Below are positions 44,138 to 53,782 of a stretch of DNA of 64,000 nucleotides, one piece after another. Made by a program: the position numbers and the translations under genes. Source of the stretch: an uncultured Actinomycetota bacterium (lineage in GTDB: Bacteria > Actinomycetota > Actinomycetes > Mycobacteriales > QHCD01); NCBI GenBank assembly GCA_963775655.1, contig CAVZJT010000006.1:123940-187939 (forward strand). The letters are read 5' to 3'. The notes under the pieces were generated by a model. That model saw only the letters and a program-made list of their open reading frames with translations. It made no database searches and was not told the origin of the DNA. Position 1 is the first letter of the stretch. The number at the start of each line of letters is the position of its first letter.

Positions 44138-45217
44138 CTGGACTCCCGGACCACGAGCTCGGGCCGGAACAGCAGCTGCTGGTGGCGGTGCTCCGGGTCG
44201 ACCGCCTCGGCCAGGAGCAGGTCGGCGGCGGCGTGGCCGAGCCGGTACTTCGGCTGCCGCACCGACGTGAGCGGCGTCGCGAGCATCTCCGCGAACTCCA
44301 CGTCGTCGTAGCCGACCACCGCCATGTCGTCCGGAACCGTGATGCCCCGCTGGATCAGGGCCCGCAGCACGCCGAGAGCGGTCACGTCGTTCACGCAGCA
44401 GATCGCCGTCGGCGTACGCCGGCCGCCGTCGAGCATCCCGGCGACGGCCGCCTCACCGCCATGCGCGTTCATCGCCCCGGTGCTGACCTCGACGATCACC
44501 TCGTCGGGGTTGAGGCCGGCCGAGCGGACCGCCTTGCGCAGTCCGCGTCGGCGGTCGGCGCACTGGCGGATGGCGCGGGGCCCGTTGACGAACCCGATCC
44601 GCCGGTGGCCGAGCGCGAGCAGGTGGTCGCCGGCCAGCTCACCGCCCCGCACGTCGTCGACGGCGACCGAACACAGCTCGGGGCTGGGGCTCGGCCGGTC
44701 GAGCAGGACCACCGCGGTCCCCAGCCGCCGGGCCCGCTCCAACTCGGCCACGTCGCGCGCCGCCGGGCGTGATGAGCACACCGAGCACCCGCTGCTCCTC
44801 GAGCATGGTCAGGTAGTGCGACTCCTTCTCGCGGGAGTCGTCGGAACTGCACAGCATCAGCACGCAGCCGGCCTCGCTGAGCCGGTCCTCGATGCCCCGC
44901 GTCACCTCGGTGAAGAACGGGTTGGCCACGTCGAGGACGATCGCGCCGACCGCGCGGCTGCGCCCGGCCCGGAGCTGGCGGGCGGAGGCGTTGCGGACGA
45001 AGCCCAGGTCCTCGATCGCGCGCCGTACCCGGGCCTGCGTCGTGTCGGCGACCAGATCCGGGTTGTTCAGCACGTTCGAGACCGTCCCCACCGAGACGCC
45101 GGCGAGGCTCGCGACGTCGCGGATGCTGCGCCGGGTGGTCGCCGTCGGCTTCGCCGAGCGCGCGGCGCGGGCCGGACGACGGCGAGCCGGCGACTCATCG
45201 GGGATACGGGTCGTCAT
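44080..45217 (-). CDS. LacI-family regulator (apparent +1 frameshift at about 44766)
   Basis: SIRDVA.LAGVSVGTVSNVLN HTH in one frame; GHRRIGF, CVND..ALG, VVGYDD, PLTSV.QP in another; removing one base of GGG 44765-44767 joins them. Confidence 0.88.
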
Positions 45218-45238
45218 GGCGCGATGGTAGAGGCGGAA

Positions 45239-45250
45239 TGAAAGCTTTCA
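45239..45250. promoter_or_regulatory. LacI-type operator upstream of the LacI gene
   Basis: Perfect palindrome TGAAAGCTTTCA just upstream of the leaderless -10 TACCAT (45229-45224). Confidence 0.65.
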
Positions 45251-45262
45251 AAGAGGTGGTAC

Positions 45263-46018
45263 TCAGACCCCGAGGATGTACGTCGCCGCCGGGCTCAGCC
45301 GGGCCGCCGTCTCCGGCCGCAGGTAGGCCTTCTGGTCCAGCTGCTGGGTCACGCCCCGGCGGCAGAACGCGCCGTGCAGCGCCCGGCGCGGCCGGTCCGT
45401 CGTGTTGAGCGTGCCGCCGTGCCAGGCGTGGCTGTTGAAGATCACCACGGTGCCGGCCCGACCGAGCAGGAGGGCCTCGTCGGGATGGTGTGCCGCGGGG
45501 TCCTTCAACGCGTCGCCGGGCACTTTGCCGCTCCGGTGCGACCCCGGGACGATGCGGGTCGCCCCGTTGTGTTCGGTGAAGTCGTCCAGCAGCCAGATCG
45601 AGTTGCACACCTGGTAGTGGCCGGGCTCGGGCGGCGCCGCGAAGTCGGTGTGCAGAGCCTGGTGGCCCTGCCCCGGCAGCGCGGCCCGGCTGTTCAGGGA
45701 GAACATCTTGAAGTCCTCGAGCACGTGGGCCATCGCTGCGAGGACCCGCGGGTGGGTGAGACACACGTCGAACATCGGGTCCTTGTTGACCAGGTCGGCG
45801 AGCCGGTCGGTGCCGGCCTCCTGGTGCACCTCGAGCCCGGCGCGTTCGCCCTCCGCGGCGGTGAGCTCCGCGGTCCGCCGGCGTATCGCGTCGAGCTGAT
45901 CGGCGTCGAGGAGGTCCTCCAGCGGAAGGAAGCCGTCCTCGTCCAGGCGGGACCGCTCCTTGTCGGTGAGATCGCCGGACGTGACGCCCAACTCGGTCAA
46001 CGCGGTCGTGATGTCCAC
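45263..46018 (-). CDS. Phytanoyl-CoA dioxygenase (PhyH) family Fe(II)/2OG oxygenase
   Basis: DGFL, LHTD (HxD), WLLDDFT..NGAT..VPGSH, HGG..N.T...RR. Confidence 0.9.
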   Translation of the reverse strand: MDITTALTELGVTSGDLTDKERSRLDEDGFLPLEDLLDADQLDAIRRRTAELTAAEGERAGLEVHQEAGTDRLADLVNKDPMFDVCLTHPRVLAAMAHVLEDFKMFSLNSRAALPGQGHQALHTDFAAPPEPGHYQVCNSIWLLDDFTEHNGATRIVPGSHRSGKVPGDALKDPAAHHPDEALLLGRAGTVVIFNSHAWHGGTLNTTDRPRRALHGAFCRRGVTQQLDQKAYLRPETAARLSPAATYILGV

Positions 46019-46058
46019 TGCCCTGTCCTCTCCGTCGCCGATGTCTGTTCTCCGCCGG

Positions 46059-49000
46059 TCAGGCGACCGCCTTGGTCCGGCGTTCGTCGACCACCCGCCC
46101 GTTGTCGACCGTGACCACCCGGTCGACCCACTGCAGGGACTGCGGCCGGTGTGCGATCACGATCGTCGTACGCCCGGCCGACGCGACCCGCATCGCCCGG
46201 TTGACCAGTCCCTCGCTGGCCAGGTCGAGGTTGGAGGTGGCCTCGTCCAGGATCAGGATGGACGGGTCGACGAGCAACGCCCTGGCCAGGCAGATCAACT
46301 GCCGCTGACCGGCCGAGAGCGATCTGCCGCGCTCCTGCACCACGGCAAGGTAACCCCCGTCGAGCTCGGTGATGAACTCGTGCGCACCGACCGCCCTGGC
46401 CGCCGCCTCCACCATCGCATCGGTCGCGTCGTCGCGTCCGTAGGCGATGTTGTCGCGGATGGTGCGGGAGAACAAGAACGGATCCTGCGGCACGTAGCCG
46501 AGCTGCCGGCGGAAGCCGCCCAGGTCGAGCGAGCGGAGCGGCCGCCCGTCGACCAGCACCCGGCCGTCGGTCGGGTCGTAGAAGCGGGCCATCAGCTTGG
46601 CGATGGTCGACTTGCCGGCACCGGTACGCCCGACGAACGCCACCCGCTCGCCGGCCGGGATCGTCAGGTCGACGGTCCTCAGCGCGGGCGCCCGCACACC
46701 GGCGTAGCGCAGGGTCACCCCCTCCAGCTCGATGTCGCCGCGCAGCCGGCCCTGCCGGCTGGGCTGCTCCGGCTCCGGGGTCGAGGTGGTGCGGGCCAGC
46801 AGGGTCGTGATCCGGGACAGGCCGACCTTCGCCCGCTGGTAGACGTCGAACACCGTGGACAGCTGCTGCACCGGCGCGAAGACCTGCGCCAGGTAGAGCA
46901 GGAACGCGAGCAGCCCACCGATCGGGAGCGTTCCCGCCCCGACCAGCCGGCTCCCGACGAGCAGGGTGAGCGCGATCGCCACCACCGAGAGCAGGTCGAT
47001 CATGGAGACATAGAGCGAGGTGGAGCGCAGCGCCGTTTCGCTCTCCCGCAGCTGGCCGCGGGCGATCGCCGCGAACCGGGCGAGGTTGACCTGCTCGCGG
47101 CAGAAGGCCTGGGTGACCCGCACGCCGGCGATCCCCTCCTGCAGCACGCTGTTGAGCACCGACATCTGCTCCCGTGCCCGGTCGTACGCCGGCCCGGCGG
47201 TGCGCCGGTACCAGACGGTCGCCACCGCCGCCGGGGGCACGACGGCGAGGACCACGAGCGCCAGGTGCACGTTGAGGATGACGAGTACGCCGGCCATGCC
47301 GATGCAGGTGACCACCGCGACGATCGCGTTGATGAGTCCGACCTGCAGCAGCTGCGACACCGTGTCGACGTCGCTGGTCATCCGGGTCATGATCCGACCG
47401 GCCTCGGTGCGGTCGTAGAAGTCGACCCCGAGCCGCTGCAGGTGGGCGAAGATCCGGACCCGGAGCGCGAAGAGCAGCCGCTCGGTCGTCCGGGACGTGA
47501 ACAGCGTGGTCGCCCACATGTCCCACCAGTCGACGAGTGCCACCGCGAGGTACGCCGCACAGGCACCGACCAGCAGCATCTGGGAGTGCGAGACCAGCGC
47601 GGCGTCGACGCCATTGCGCACCAGCAGCGGCCCGACGAGGGAGGCGATCGCGTCGATGAAGACCAGCAGCAGGCCGATCGCGAGCGGGCGCCAGTGCGGG
47701 CGGAGGAAGGCCGCCAGCCGGAACCCCTCGCTGTGTTCGGCCTCGCCGTCCGGGTCGATCTGGGGCTCGTCGATGACCGGCCGCAAGGTCGCGATCGCGG
47801 CGGCGAGCTCCTCGGTCGGCGGTGCGTTCAGGTCGCCGAGGTCGGGGGCGACCCACGCCTCCTCGGTGACGGCGCCGTCGACGATCTCCGCGGGTTCCTC
47901 GGCCGCCGTTCCCGCGGTCTCGCCGAAGAGCCGGCCGTAGAGCTCGGACCGCGCCAGCAGTTCGTCGTGCGTTCCCTCGTCGACGACCCGGCCGTGGTCG
48001 AGCAGGACCACCCGGTCGGCGAGCCGCACGGTCGACTCCCGGTAGGCGACGATGATCGTCGTCCGGCCGGCCAGCCGGGGACGCAGGTTGTCGTGGATCT
48101 GCTTCTCCACCCGGACGTCGACGGCCGAGGTCGCGTCGTCGAGGACGAGGACCTCCGGATCGGCGAGCAGTGCCCGGGCCAGCGCGATGCGCTGTCGCTG
48201 GCCGCCGGACAGCGCGATGCCGTTCTCGCCGACCTGGGTGTCGTAGCCCTCGGGGAGGGTGGCGACGAAGTCGTGGATGACGGCCGCCTTGGCCGCGGCC
48301 TCGATCTCCTCCTGGCTGGCGTCCGGCCGCGCGTAGGCGATGTTGGCCGCGACCGAGTCGGAGAAGAGGAAGCTGTTCTCGAAGACGATCCCGATCCGCC
48401 GGCGGAGCGCCTCGAGCTCCCACTCCCGGACGTCGACGTCCTCGAGCCGCACGGCTCCGGAGTTGACGTCGCGCAGCCGCAGCAGGAGCTGCAGCGCGGT
48501 GGACTTGCCGCAGCCGGACGGCCCGACCAGGGCGACCGTCTCGCCGGGGTCCACCCGCAGCTGCAGGTCGGACAGCACCGGCCGGTCGGTGTCGGGGTAG
48601 CAGAAGGTCACCCCGTGGAACGAGACGGCGCCACCGCCGCGGGCGGGCTCGGTCCCGATCGGCGGGGTCTCGACCAGCGAGGGGAGGGCGAGCAGCTCGG
48701 CGATCCGCTCACTGCCGGAGCGGGCCAGCGGGCCCATCGTGACGATCGTGCCCAGCACCCGGGTGGAGCCGGTCAGGTCGGCGAGGTAGCCCGCGAAGGC
48801 GAGGAACGTCCCGACCGTCAGGTGACCGTGCAGCGCGAGCCAGCCGCCGAGCATGAGGAGCGCGACCTGGCCCAGCAGCGGCGCGGCCTGCAGGGAGGAG
48901 AGCAGCGGCGCCCGGACCCGGATCGCGCGCACCCGGGCGCCGAACATGTCGGTGAGCCCGGTCACGAAGCGCCCGAACTCGGCCCGTTCCTGCCCGAAGC

Positions 49001-49649
49001 CCTTCACCACTCGTACGCCGGAGACGGCCTCCTCGACCGTCGTGACCATGTCCGCCTCGCGCTGCTGGGACACCCAGCCGGCGGCGTACGCCGTCCGCCG
49101 CATCCGGCGGCTCAGGGTGAAGACGGTGACCAGGACGACCGCGATCACCAGTGACAGCGGCGGGGACAGCACGGCCATGATCCCGAGCGCGAAGACCACC
49201 TTGAGCAGGTTGCCGATCGCGATGGGCAGCCAGCCGATGAGCTGCTGGACGAGCATCAGGTCGGAGTTGGCCCGGGACACGAGCTGACCGCTCTGCAGCC
49301 GGGCGTGCCCGGCGGCGTCGAGGCGCTGGAGGTGGTCGTAGAGCTCGGTGCGCAGGTCAGCGGCGACCTGCAGGCTGACCCGGCCGCCGTGGAAACGCCA
49401 GAAGGCGGCGGTGGCGAAGCGCCCCACACCGAGCGCGACGAGCAGGCAGATCCACGGCATCAGCCGCCGGTGGTGGCTCACGATGGCCCCGTCGACGATG
49501 ACCTTCTGGACCAGCGGTACGGCGACGACGGTCCCCATCCAGAGGATCGACGAGACGACGGCGAAGGTGACCTGGCGGCGATATCGAAACAGGTAGGGGA
49601 GCAGCCAGCGCAGCCAGCGACTCCCGTGTTCGGCCCCGTGGGTGGACAC
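46059..49649 (-). CDS. Fused ABC exporter (TMD-NBD-TMD-NBD)
   Basis: GPSGCGKS/LSGGQRQR/LDDATS and GRTGAGKS/LSAGQRQL/LDEATS; two TM domains. Confidence 0.93.
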   Translation of the reverse strand: MSTHGAEHGSRWLRWLLPYLFRYRRQVTFAVVSSILWMGTVVAVPLVQKVIVDGAIVSHHRRLMPWICLLVALGVGRFATAAFWRFHGGRVSLQVAADLRTELYDHLQRLDAAGHARLQSGQLVSRANSDLMLVQQLIGWLPIAIGNLLKVVFALGIMAVLSPPLSLVIAVVLVTVFTLSRRMRRTAYAAGWVSQQREADMVTTVEEAVSGVRVVKGFGQERAEFGRFVTGLTDMFGARVRAIRVRAPLLSSLQAAPLLGQVALLMLGGWLALHGHLTVGTFLAFAGYLADLTGSTRVLGTIVTMGPLARSGSERIAELLALPSLVETPPIGTEPARGGGAVSFHGVTFCYPDTDRPVLSDLQLRVDPGETVALVGPSGCGKSTALQLLLRLRDVNSGAVRLEDVDVREWELEALRRRIGIVFENSFLFSDSVAANIAYARPDASQEEIEAAAKAAVIHDFVATLPEGYDTQVGENGIALSGGQRQRIALARALLADPEVLVLDDATSAVDVRVEKQIHDNLRPRLAGRTTIIVAYRESTVRLADRVVLLDHGRVVDEGTHDELLARSELYGRLFGETAGTAAEEPAEIVDGAVTEEAWVAPDLGDLNAPPTEELAAAIATLRPVIDEPQIDPDGEAEHSEGFRLAAFLRPHWRPLAIGLLLVFIDAIASLVGPLLVRNGVDAALVSHSQMLLVGACAAYLAVALVDWWDMWATTLFTSRTTERLLFALRVRIFAHLQRLGVDFYDRTEAGRIMTRMTSDVDTVSQLLQVGLINAIVAVVTCIGMAGVLVILNVHLALVVLAVVPPAAVATVWYRRTAGPAYDRAREQMSVLNSVLQEGIAGVRVTQAFCREQVNLARFAAIARGQLRESETALRSTSLYVSMIDLLSVVAIALTLLVGSRLVGAGTLPIGGLLAFLLYLAQVFAPVQQLSTVFDVYQRAKVGLSRITTLLARTTSTPEPEQPSRQGRLRGDIELEGVTLRYAGVRAPALRTVDLTIPAGERVAFVGRTGAGKSTIAKLMARFYDPTDGRVLVDGRPLRSLDLGGFRRQLGYVPQDPFLFSRTIRDNIAYGRDDATDAMVEAAARAVGAHEFITELDGGYLAVVQERGRSLSAGQRQLICLARALLVDPSILILDEATSNLDLASEGLVNRAMRVASAGRTTIVIAHRPQSLQWVDRVVTVDNGRVVDERRTKAVA

Positions 49650-50034
49650 GCTCTTCTCTTCCTGCCGACGGCTGGTCAGGACATGAGGGCATTGCGGCAC
49701 AGGACACCCCGCCGTCGACGGGTTGGTGTCAGGGTGGTCGGCGCCGACCGACCTGTCAGTGCGCGCTGATGGCCGTCAGGAGAGCGCGGGGGTCACAATC
49801 GCGGCGATCCCGATCGCGGGGATCGCGGTGGATGGGGGTGAGGGTCGAAGCGAGGTGCCCGAGGGCGCGGGGTCGGTCGTCGACCAGGCCCGGCCGGCTG
49901 CTCTGCATGTGCCGCTCACGTTCCTTCCGAACGTCGCGGGGGGATCAGGGATGGCCACGCCACAGTGCGCGCCAGTCGTAGAGCCTAGCGCGACTCCTAG
50001 AACGTTTCACGGAGGCCCGCGGGAAGCCGATGGC

Positions 50035-50086
50035 TTGACGCTCGGTGCCAGGCTACCTAGGGTGCCCCCAAGGCTGAATCGTTTCA
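50035..50086 (+). promoter_or_regulatory. Sigma-A-like promoter and LacI-type operator of rhaI
   Basis: TTGACG-N17-TAGGGT (50035-50063); TGAATCGTTTCA at 50075-50086; weaker site TAGAACGTTTCA at 49998-50009. Confidence 0.7.
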
Positions 50087-50108
50087 TCGGAGACGGACGG
50101 GAGCGGGT

Positions 50109-51267
50109 ATGGCGACGAACCTCGTGAAGGAAGCCCTGCGGCGGCAGCGGATCGAGACACCGTCGTGGGCGTACGGCAACTCCGGGACGCGGTTCAAGGT
50201 CTTCGCCCAGGAGGGCATACCGCGGACGCCGTACGAGAAGATCGCCGACGCGGGCCAGGTGCACCGATTCACCGGGGTGGCGCCGAGCGTCGCCCTGCAC
50301 ATCCCGTGGGACAAGGTCGACGACTACGCCGACCTCGGCAAGCACGCCGCCGCCTGCGGCGTACGCATCGGCGCGATCAACCCCAACACCTTCCAGGACG
50401 ACGACTACATGCTGGGCAGCGTGTGCCACCCGGATCCGCGGGTACGCCGCAAGGCGGTCGACCACCTGATCGAGTGCATCGAGGTCGCCAAGGAGACCGA
50501 CTCGGACCTGCTCAGCCTGTGGTTCGCCGACGGCACCAACTACCCGGGCCAGGACTCCATGCGGGCCCGGCAGGACCGGCTGCACGAGACGCTGGCCGAG
50601 ACCTACGCCGCGATGCCGTCCGGCATGCGGATGCTGCTGGAGTACAAGTTCTTCGAGCCGTCCTTCTACCACACCGACGTCTGCGACTGGGGCGTCTCCT
50701 ACAGCCAGTGCCTGCGCCTCGGTGAGCAGGCGCAGGTGCTCATCGACACCGGCCACCACGCGCCCGGCACGAACATCGAGTTCATCGTCGGCCTGCTGCT
50801 CGGCCAGGGCCGGCTCGGCGGCTTCCACTTCAACTCGCGGAACTTCGCCGACGACGACCTGATGGTCGGCTCGGCCGACCCGTTCGAACTGTTCCTGATC
50901 ATGAACGAGATCGTCGACGCGGACGAGCTGTCCGGGTCGGTGGCCTTCATGCTCGACCAGTGCCACAACATCGAGCCCAAGATCCCGGCCGAGATCCGGT
51001 CGGTGATGAACGTGCAGGAGGCCACGGCGAAGGCCCTGCTCGTCGACCGGGAAGCCCTGACCGCCGCCCAGTCGGCCGGCCAGGTGCTGGAGGCCAACGC
51101 CGTTCTCATGGACGCGTTCAACACCGACGTACGCCCGCTGCTGGCCGAGCTCCGCGAGGAGATGGGGCTCGACCCCGACCCGATCGCGGCCTACAAACGG
51201 TCCGGCTACCACGGAGAAGATCGCCGCCGAGCGGGTCGGCGGATCGGCGATGGGCTGGGGCGCCTAG
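50109..51267 (+). CDS. rhaI: L-rhamnose isomerase (RhaI type; apparent +1 frameshift at about 51210)
   Basis: PSWAYGNSGTRFKVF, ALHIPWD, EYKFFEP.FY.TD, DTGHHAPGTNIE, LDQCHNIE; the usual tail EKIAAERVGG..MGWGA* lies in the shifted frame. Confidence 0.9.
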
Positions 51268-51289
51268 GCCGCCCGGGCCAGGGCCAGCG

Positions 51290-52297
51290 ATGAGCAGACC
51301 GGTCACCGTCCTCGCGATGTCGCCCGACCTGCCGGGTCGGCTGTTCACCGCTCCCACCCGGGCGCGGCTGACGGCCGCCACGGCGGTCGATCCCGACGTC
51401 GTCCTGCGCGACTTCTCGACCCCGGCGGCGCGGGCCGCGCTGGCCGACGCCGAGGTGCTGCTGACCTGCTGGGGCTGCCCACCGGTCGACGAGGCGGCCC
51501 TCGATGCGGCGCCGGGTCTTCGCGCGATCGTGCACGCCGCCGGGACGGTCAAGGGCCACGTCACCCCGGCGGTCTGGCGGCGGGGCGTCGCGGTGTCGAC
51601 GGCCGCCGACGCCAACGCCGTACCCGTCGCCGAATACACCATCGCGATGATCCTGCTCGTCGGCAAACGGGTCTTCGCGCTCGCCCGTCAGTACCGTGAC
51701 CGGCGCGGCGCGGTCGATGTCCGGGGCGAACTCGCCGCGGCCGGCAACTACGGCCGCAGGATCGGCATCGTCGGGGCGTCCCGGGTGGGGCGCCGGGTCA
51801 TCGAGGCGCTGCGGCCCTACGACCTCGAGGTCGTCGTCTCCGATCCGTTTCTCGACGAGCCCGGTGCCACGAAGCTGGGCGTGCAGCGGGTCGATCTCGA
51901 CGACCTGCTCGCCACCTCCGACGTCGTGAGCCTGCACGCGCCGGCCGTGCCCGCGACGCGGCACCTGATGGACCGCCGCCGGCTCGGCCTCATGCGCGAC
52001 GGCGCCACCCTGATCAACACCGCGCGCGGCTGGTTGGTCGACCACGACGCGCTGCTCGACGAGCTCGGCTCGGGCCGGCTCGACGCAGTCATCGACACCA
52101 CGCTGCCCGAGATCCCGCCGCCGGACTCACCGCTCTACACGCTGCCCAACGTGATCCTCACGCCGCACGTCGCCGGTGCGCAGGGTCTGGAGTTGCACCG
52201 GCTGGGGGAGTCGGCCGTCGGCGAGGTGGAGCGCTACGCCGCCGGCTCGCCGTTCGCCTTCCCGGTGACCGCCGCTGAACTGGACACCATCGCCTGA
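51290..52297 (+). CDS. D-isomer-specific 2-hydroxyacid dehydrogenase
   Basis: HAAGTVK, GIVGASRVG, SLHAP, INTARG, TPHVAG. Confidence 0.92.
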   Translation: MSRPVTVLAMSPDLPGRLFTAPTRARLTAATAVDPDVVLRDFSTPAARAALADAEVLLTCWGCPPVDEAALDAAPGLRAIVHAAGTVKGHVTPAVWRRGVAVSTAADANAVPVAEYTIAMILLVGKRVFALARQYRDRRGAVDVRGELAAAGNYGRRIGIVGASRVGRRVIEALRPYDLEVVVSDPFLDEPGATKLGVQRVDLDDLLATSDVVSLHAPAVPATRHLMDRRRLGLMRDGATLINTARGWLVDHDALLDELGSGRLDAVIDTTLPEIPPPDSPLYTLPNVILTPHVAGAQGLELHRLGESAVGEVERYAAGSPFAFPVTAAELDTIA

Positions 52298-52378
52298 GTC
52301 CGGGTCGTTGCCTGCTGCCGCGACGCCAGGTCCGATTCCCGCCAGCCCTTCGGCGCGGGGCCGGGCACCCTGGACTGC

Positions 52379-52858
52379 ATGAGTGAGATCCGATACCTCC
52401 CCATCGACCCTGACCGGCTCGACGCGATGCGCGCCCGCGGCGCCGACGAGTTCGGCAACCCCTGGACCCTGCGGGTGGCGGAGGGCTGGGAACCGCTGCG
52501 CTGCTGCCTGCGCCCGGCGACGGCCGAGGACGACATCGCGCTGATCTGCTTCAGCCCGTGGACCGAACCGAGTCCGTGGGCCGAGGCCGGACCGGTGTTC
52601 GTCCACTTCGGCCACTGTGCGGGATACCTGACGCACGACGTCTTCCCCGAGTCGTTCCGCCGGCAGCGCAGCATGCTGAACCCCTTCGACCACAGCGGCT
52701 CCCGGGCCTACGACCACATCACGTTCGTCGACCGCGACGACGACCACGAGGCCCACGTCCGCAAGATCCTCGCCGAACCGGACGTCGCCTACCTGCACGT
52801 CCGCAGCGCGACCGCGGGCTGCTTCACCTTCGCCGTCCACCCCGCGCAGGAGGCGTGA
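52379..52858 (+). CDS. DUF1203 family protein
   Basis: PLRCCLR, P.AE.GPVFVH...C, YLHVRSA..GCFTF. Confidence 0.85.
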   Translation: MSEIRYLPIDPDRLDAMRARGADEFGNPWTLRVAEGWEPLRCCLRPATAEDDIALICFSPWTEPSPWAEAGPVFVHFGHCAGYLTHDVFPESFRRQRSMLNPFDHSGSRAYDHITFVDRDDDHEAHVRKILAEPDVAYLHVRSATAGCFTFAVHPAQEA

Positions 52859-53086
52859 CCAAAACGCACTAGGAGTGCGTTGTGGTCCGCGACACGCCGT
52901 ACCCGCCCCCCAAAACGCACTAGGAGTGCGTTTTGGTCGGGGGGTGCGGAGGCGGGGCGCCCGGGATGGCTCCGTGGACCGCCCCCGCGCCCGCCCCCGT
53001 GGACAAAACCCACTAGTAGTGGGTTTTGGACGTCGCGTACGGCGTGTCGTGGACCAAAACCCACTAGTAGTGGGTTTTGTCCACGG
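52857..53086. repeat. REP/REPIN-like element: two inverted doublets of AT-stem hairpins
   Basis: Hairpins CAAAAC(G/C)CACT-AG(G/T)-AGTG(C/G)GTTTTG at 52857-52887, 52910-52936, 53004-53028 and 53055-53079; the two intra-doublet spacers are reverse complements of each other. Confidence 0.8.
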
Positions 53087-53188
53087 CGGGCGGCGTCGAC
53101 CCCGCGGCGCGGGACTGTCGGAGCGGGCTGCAATCATCCCCGGCGTCCGGCCCGCAGCAGGCGGGTCCTCGCAGAGGGTGACATCGCG

Positions 53189-53770
53189 ATGCCCGCACTC
53201 GTTCCTCCGGTGGCCGACGAGCGGGACGGACTCATGTCCTTCCTCGCGCAGGAGCGCCTGGTCCTCCGACTCGCGGCCTACGGGCTGACCGACGAGCAGG
53301 CGCGGGCCACGCCGACGGCGAGTGCCCTCTCCGTCGGCGGCCTGATCAAGCACTCCGCCAACGTCGAGCGAATCTGGGTCGACACGGTGCTCCAGCGGCG
53401 AATGCCCAGGACGACGGCGGACTACCTGGCCGCATTCCGGCTCGGCCCGGACGAGACGCTCGCCGGCGTGCTCGACGACTACGAGCTTGCGGCGGCAGAG
53501 ACCGATACGACGATCGCCGCCATCCCCGACCTCGACCAGGCGGTGCCGGTGCCGCCGGGGAGCCCGTGGCTGCCGACCGACATCGACGGGTGGTCGGTGC
53601 GTTGGGTCCTGCTGCACGTGATCTCCGAGACCACCCGCCATGCCGGCCACGCCGACATCATCCGCGAATCGATCGACGGTGCGACCGCGTTCCCGCTCAT
53701 GGCCGCGGTCGAGCACTGGCCGCCCTCGCCGTGGGTGCAGCCGTGGGAGCCACCGACGCGGCCGGAGTGA
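53189..53770 (+). CDS. DinB family protein (DUF664-like)
   Basis: ER..L..FL..ER, GLTDEQA, SALSVGGLIKH...VE..W, RWVLLHVI.ET.RHAGHADIIRE.IDG. Confidence 0.9.
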   Translation: MPALVPPVADERDGLMSFLAQERLVLRLAAYGLTDEQARATPTASALSVGGLIKHSANVERIWVDTVLQRRMPRTTADYLAAFRLGPDETLAGVLDDYELAAAETDTTIAAIPDLDQAVPVPPGSPWLPTDIDGWSVRWVLLHVISETTRHAGHADIIRESIDGATAFPLMAAVEHWPPSPWVQPWEPPTRPE

Positions 53771-53782
53771 GGCCGGGCCGGG

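Noticed and set aside
52857-53086. CRISPR array
   Set aside because: Only four units of two types, spacers that are reverse complements of each other and uneven in length, and no cas genes; better explained as a REP-like element.
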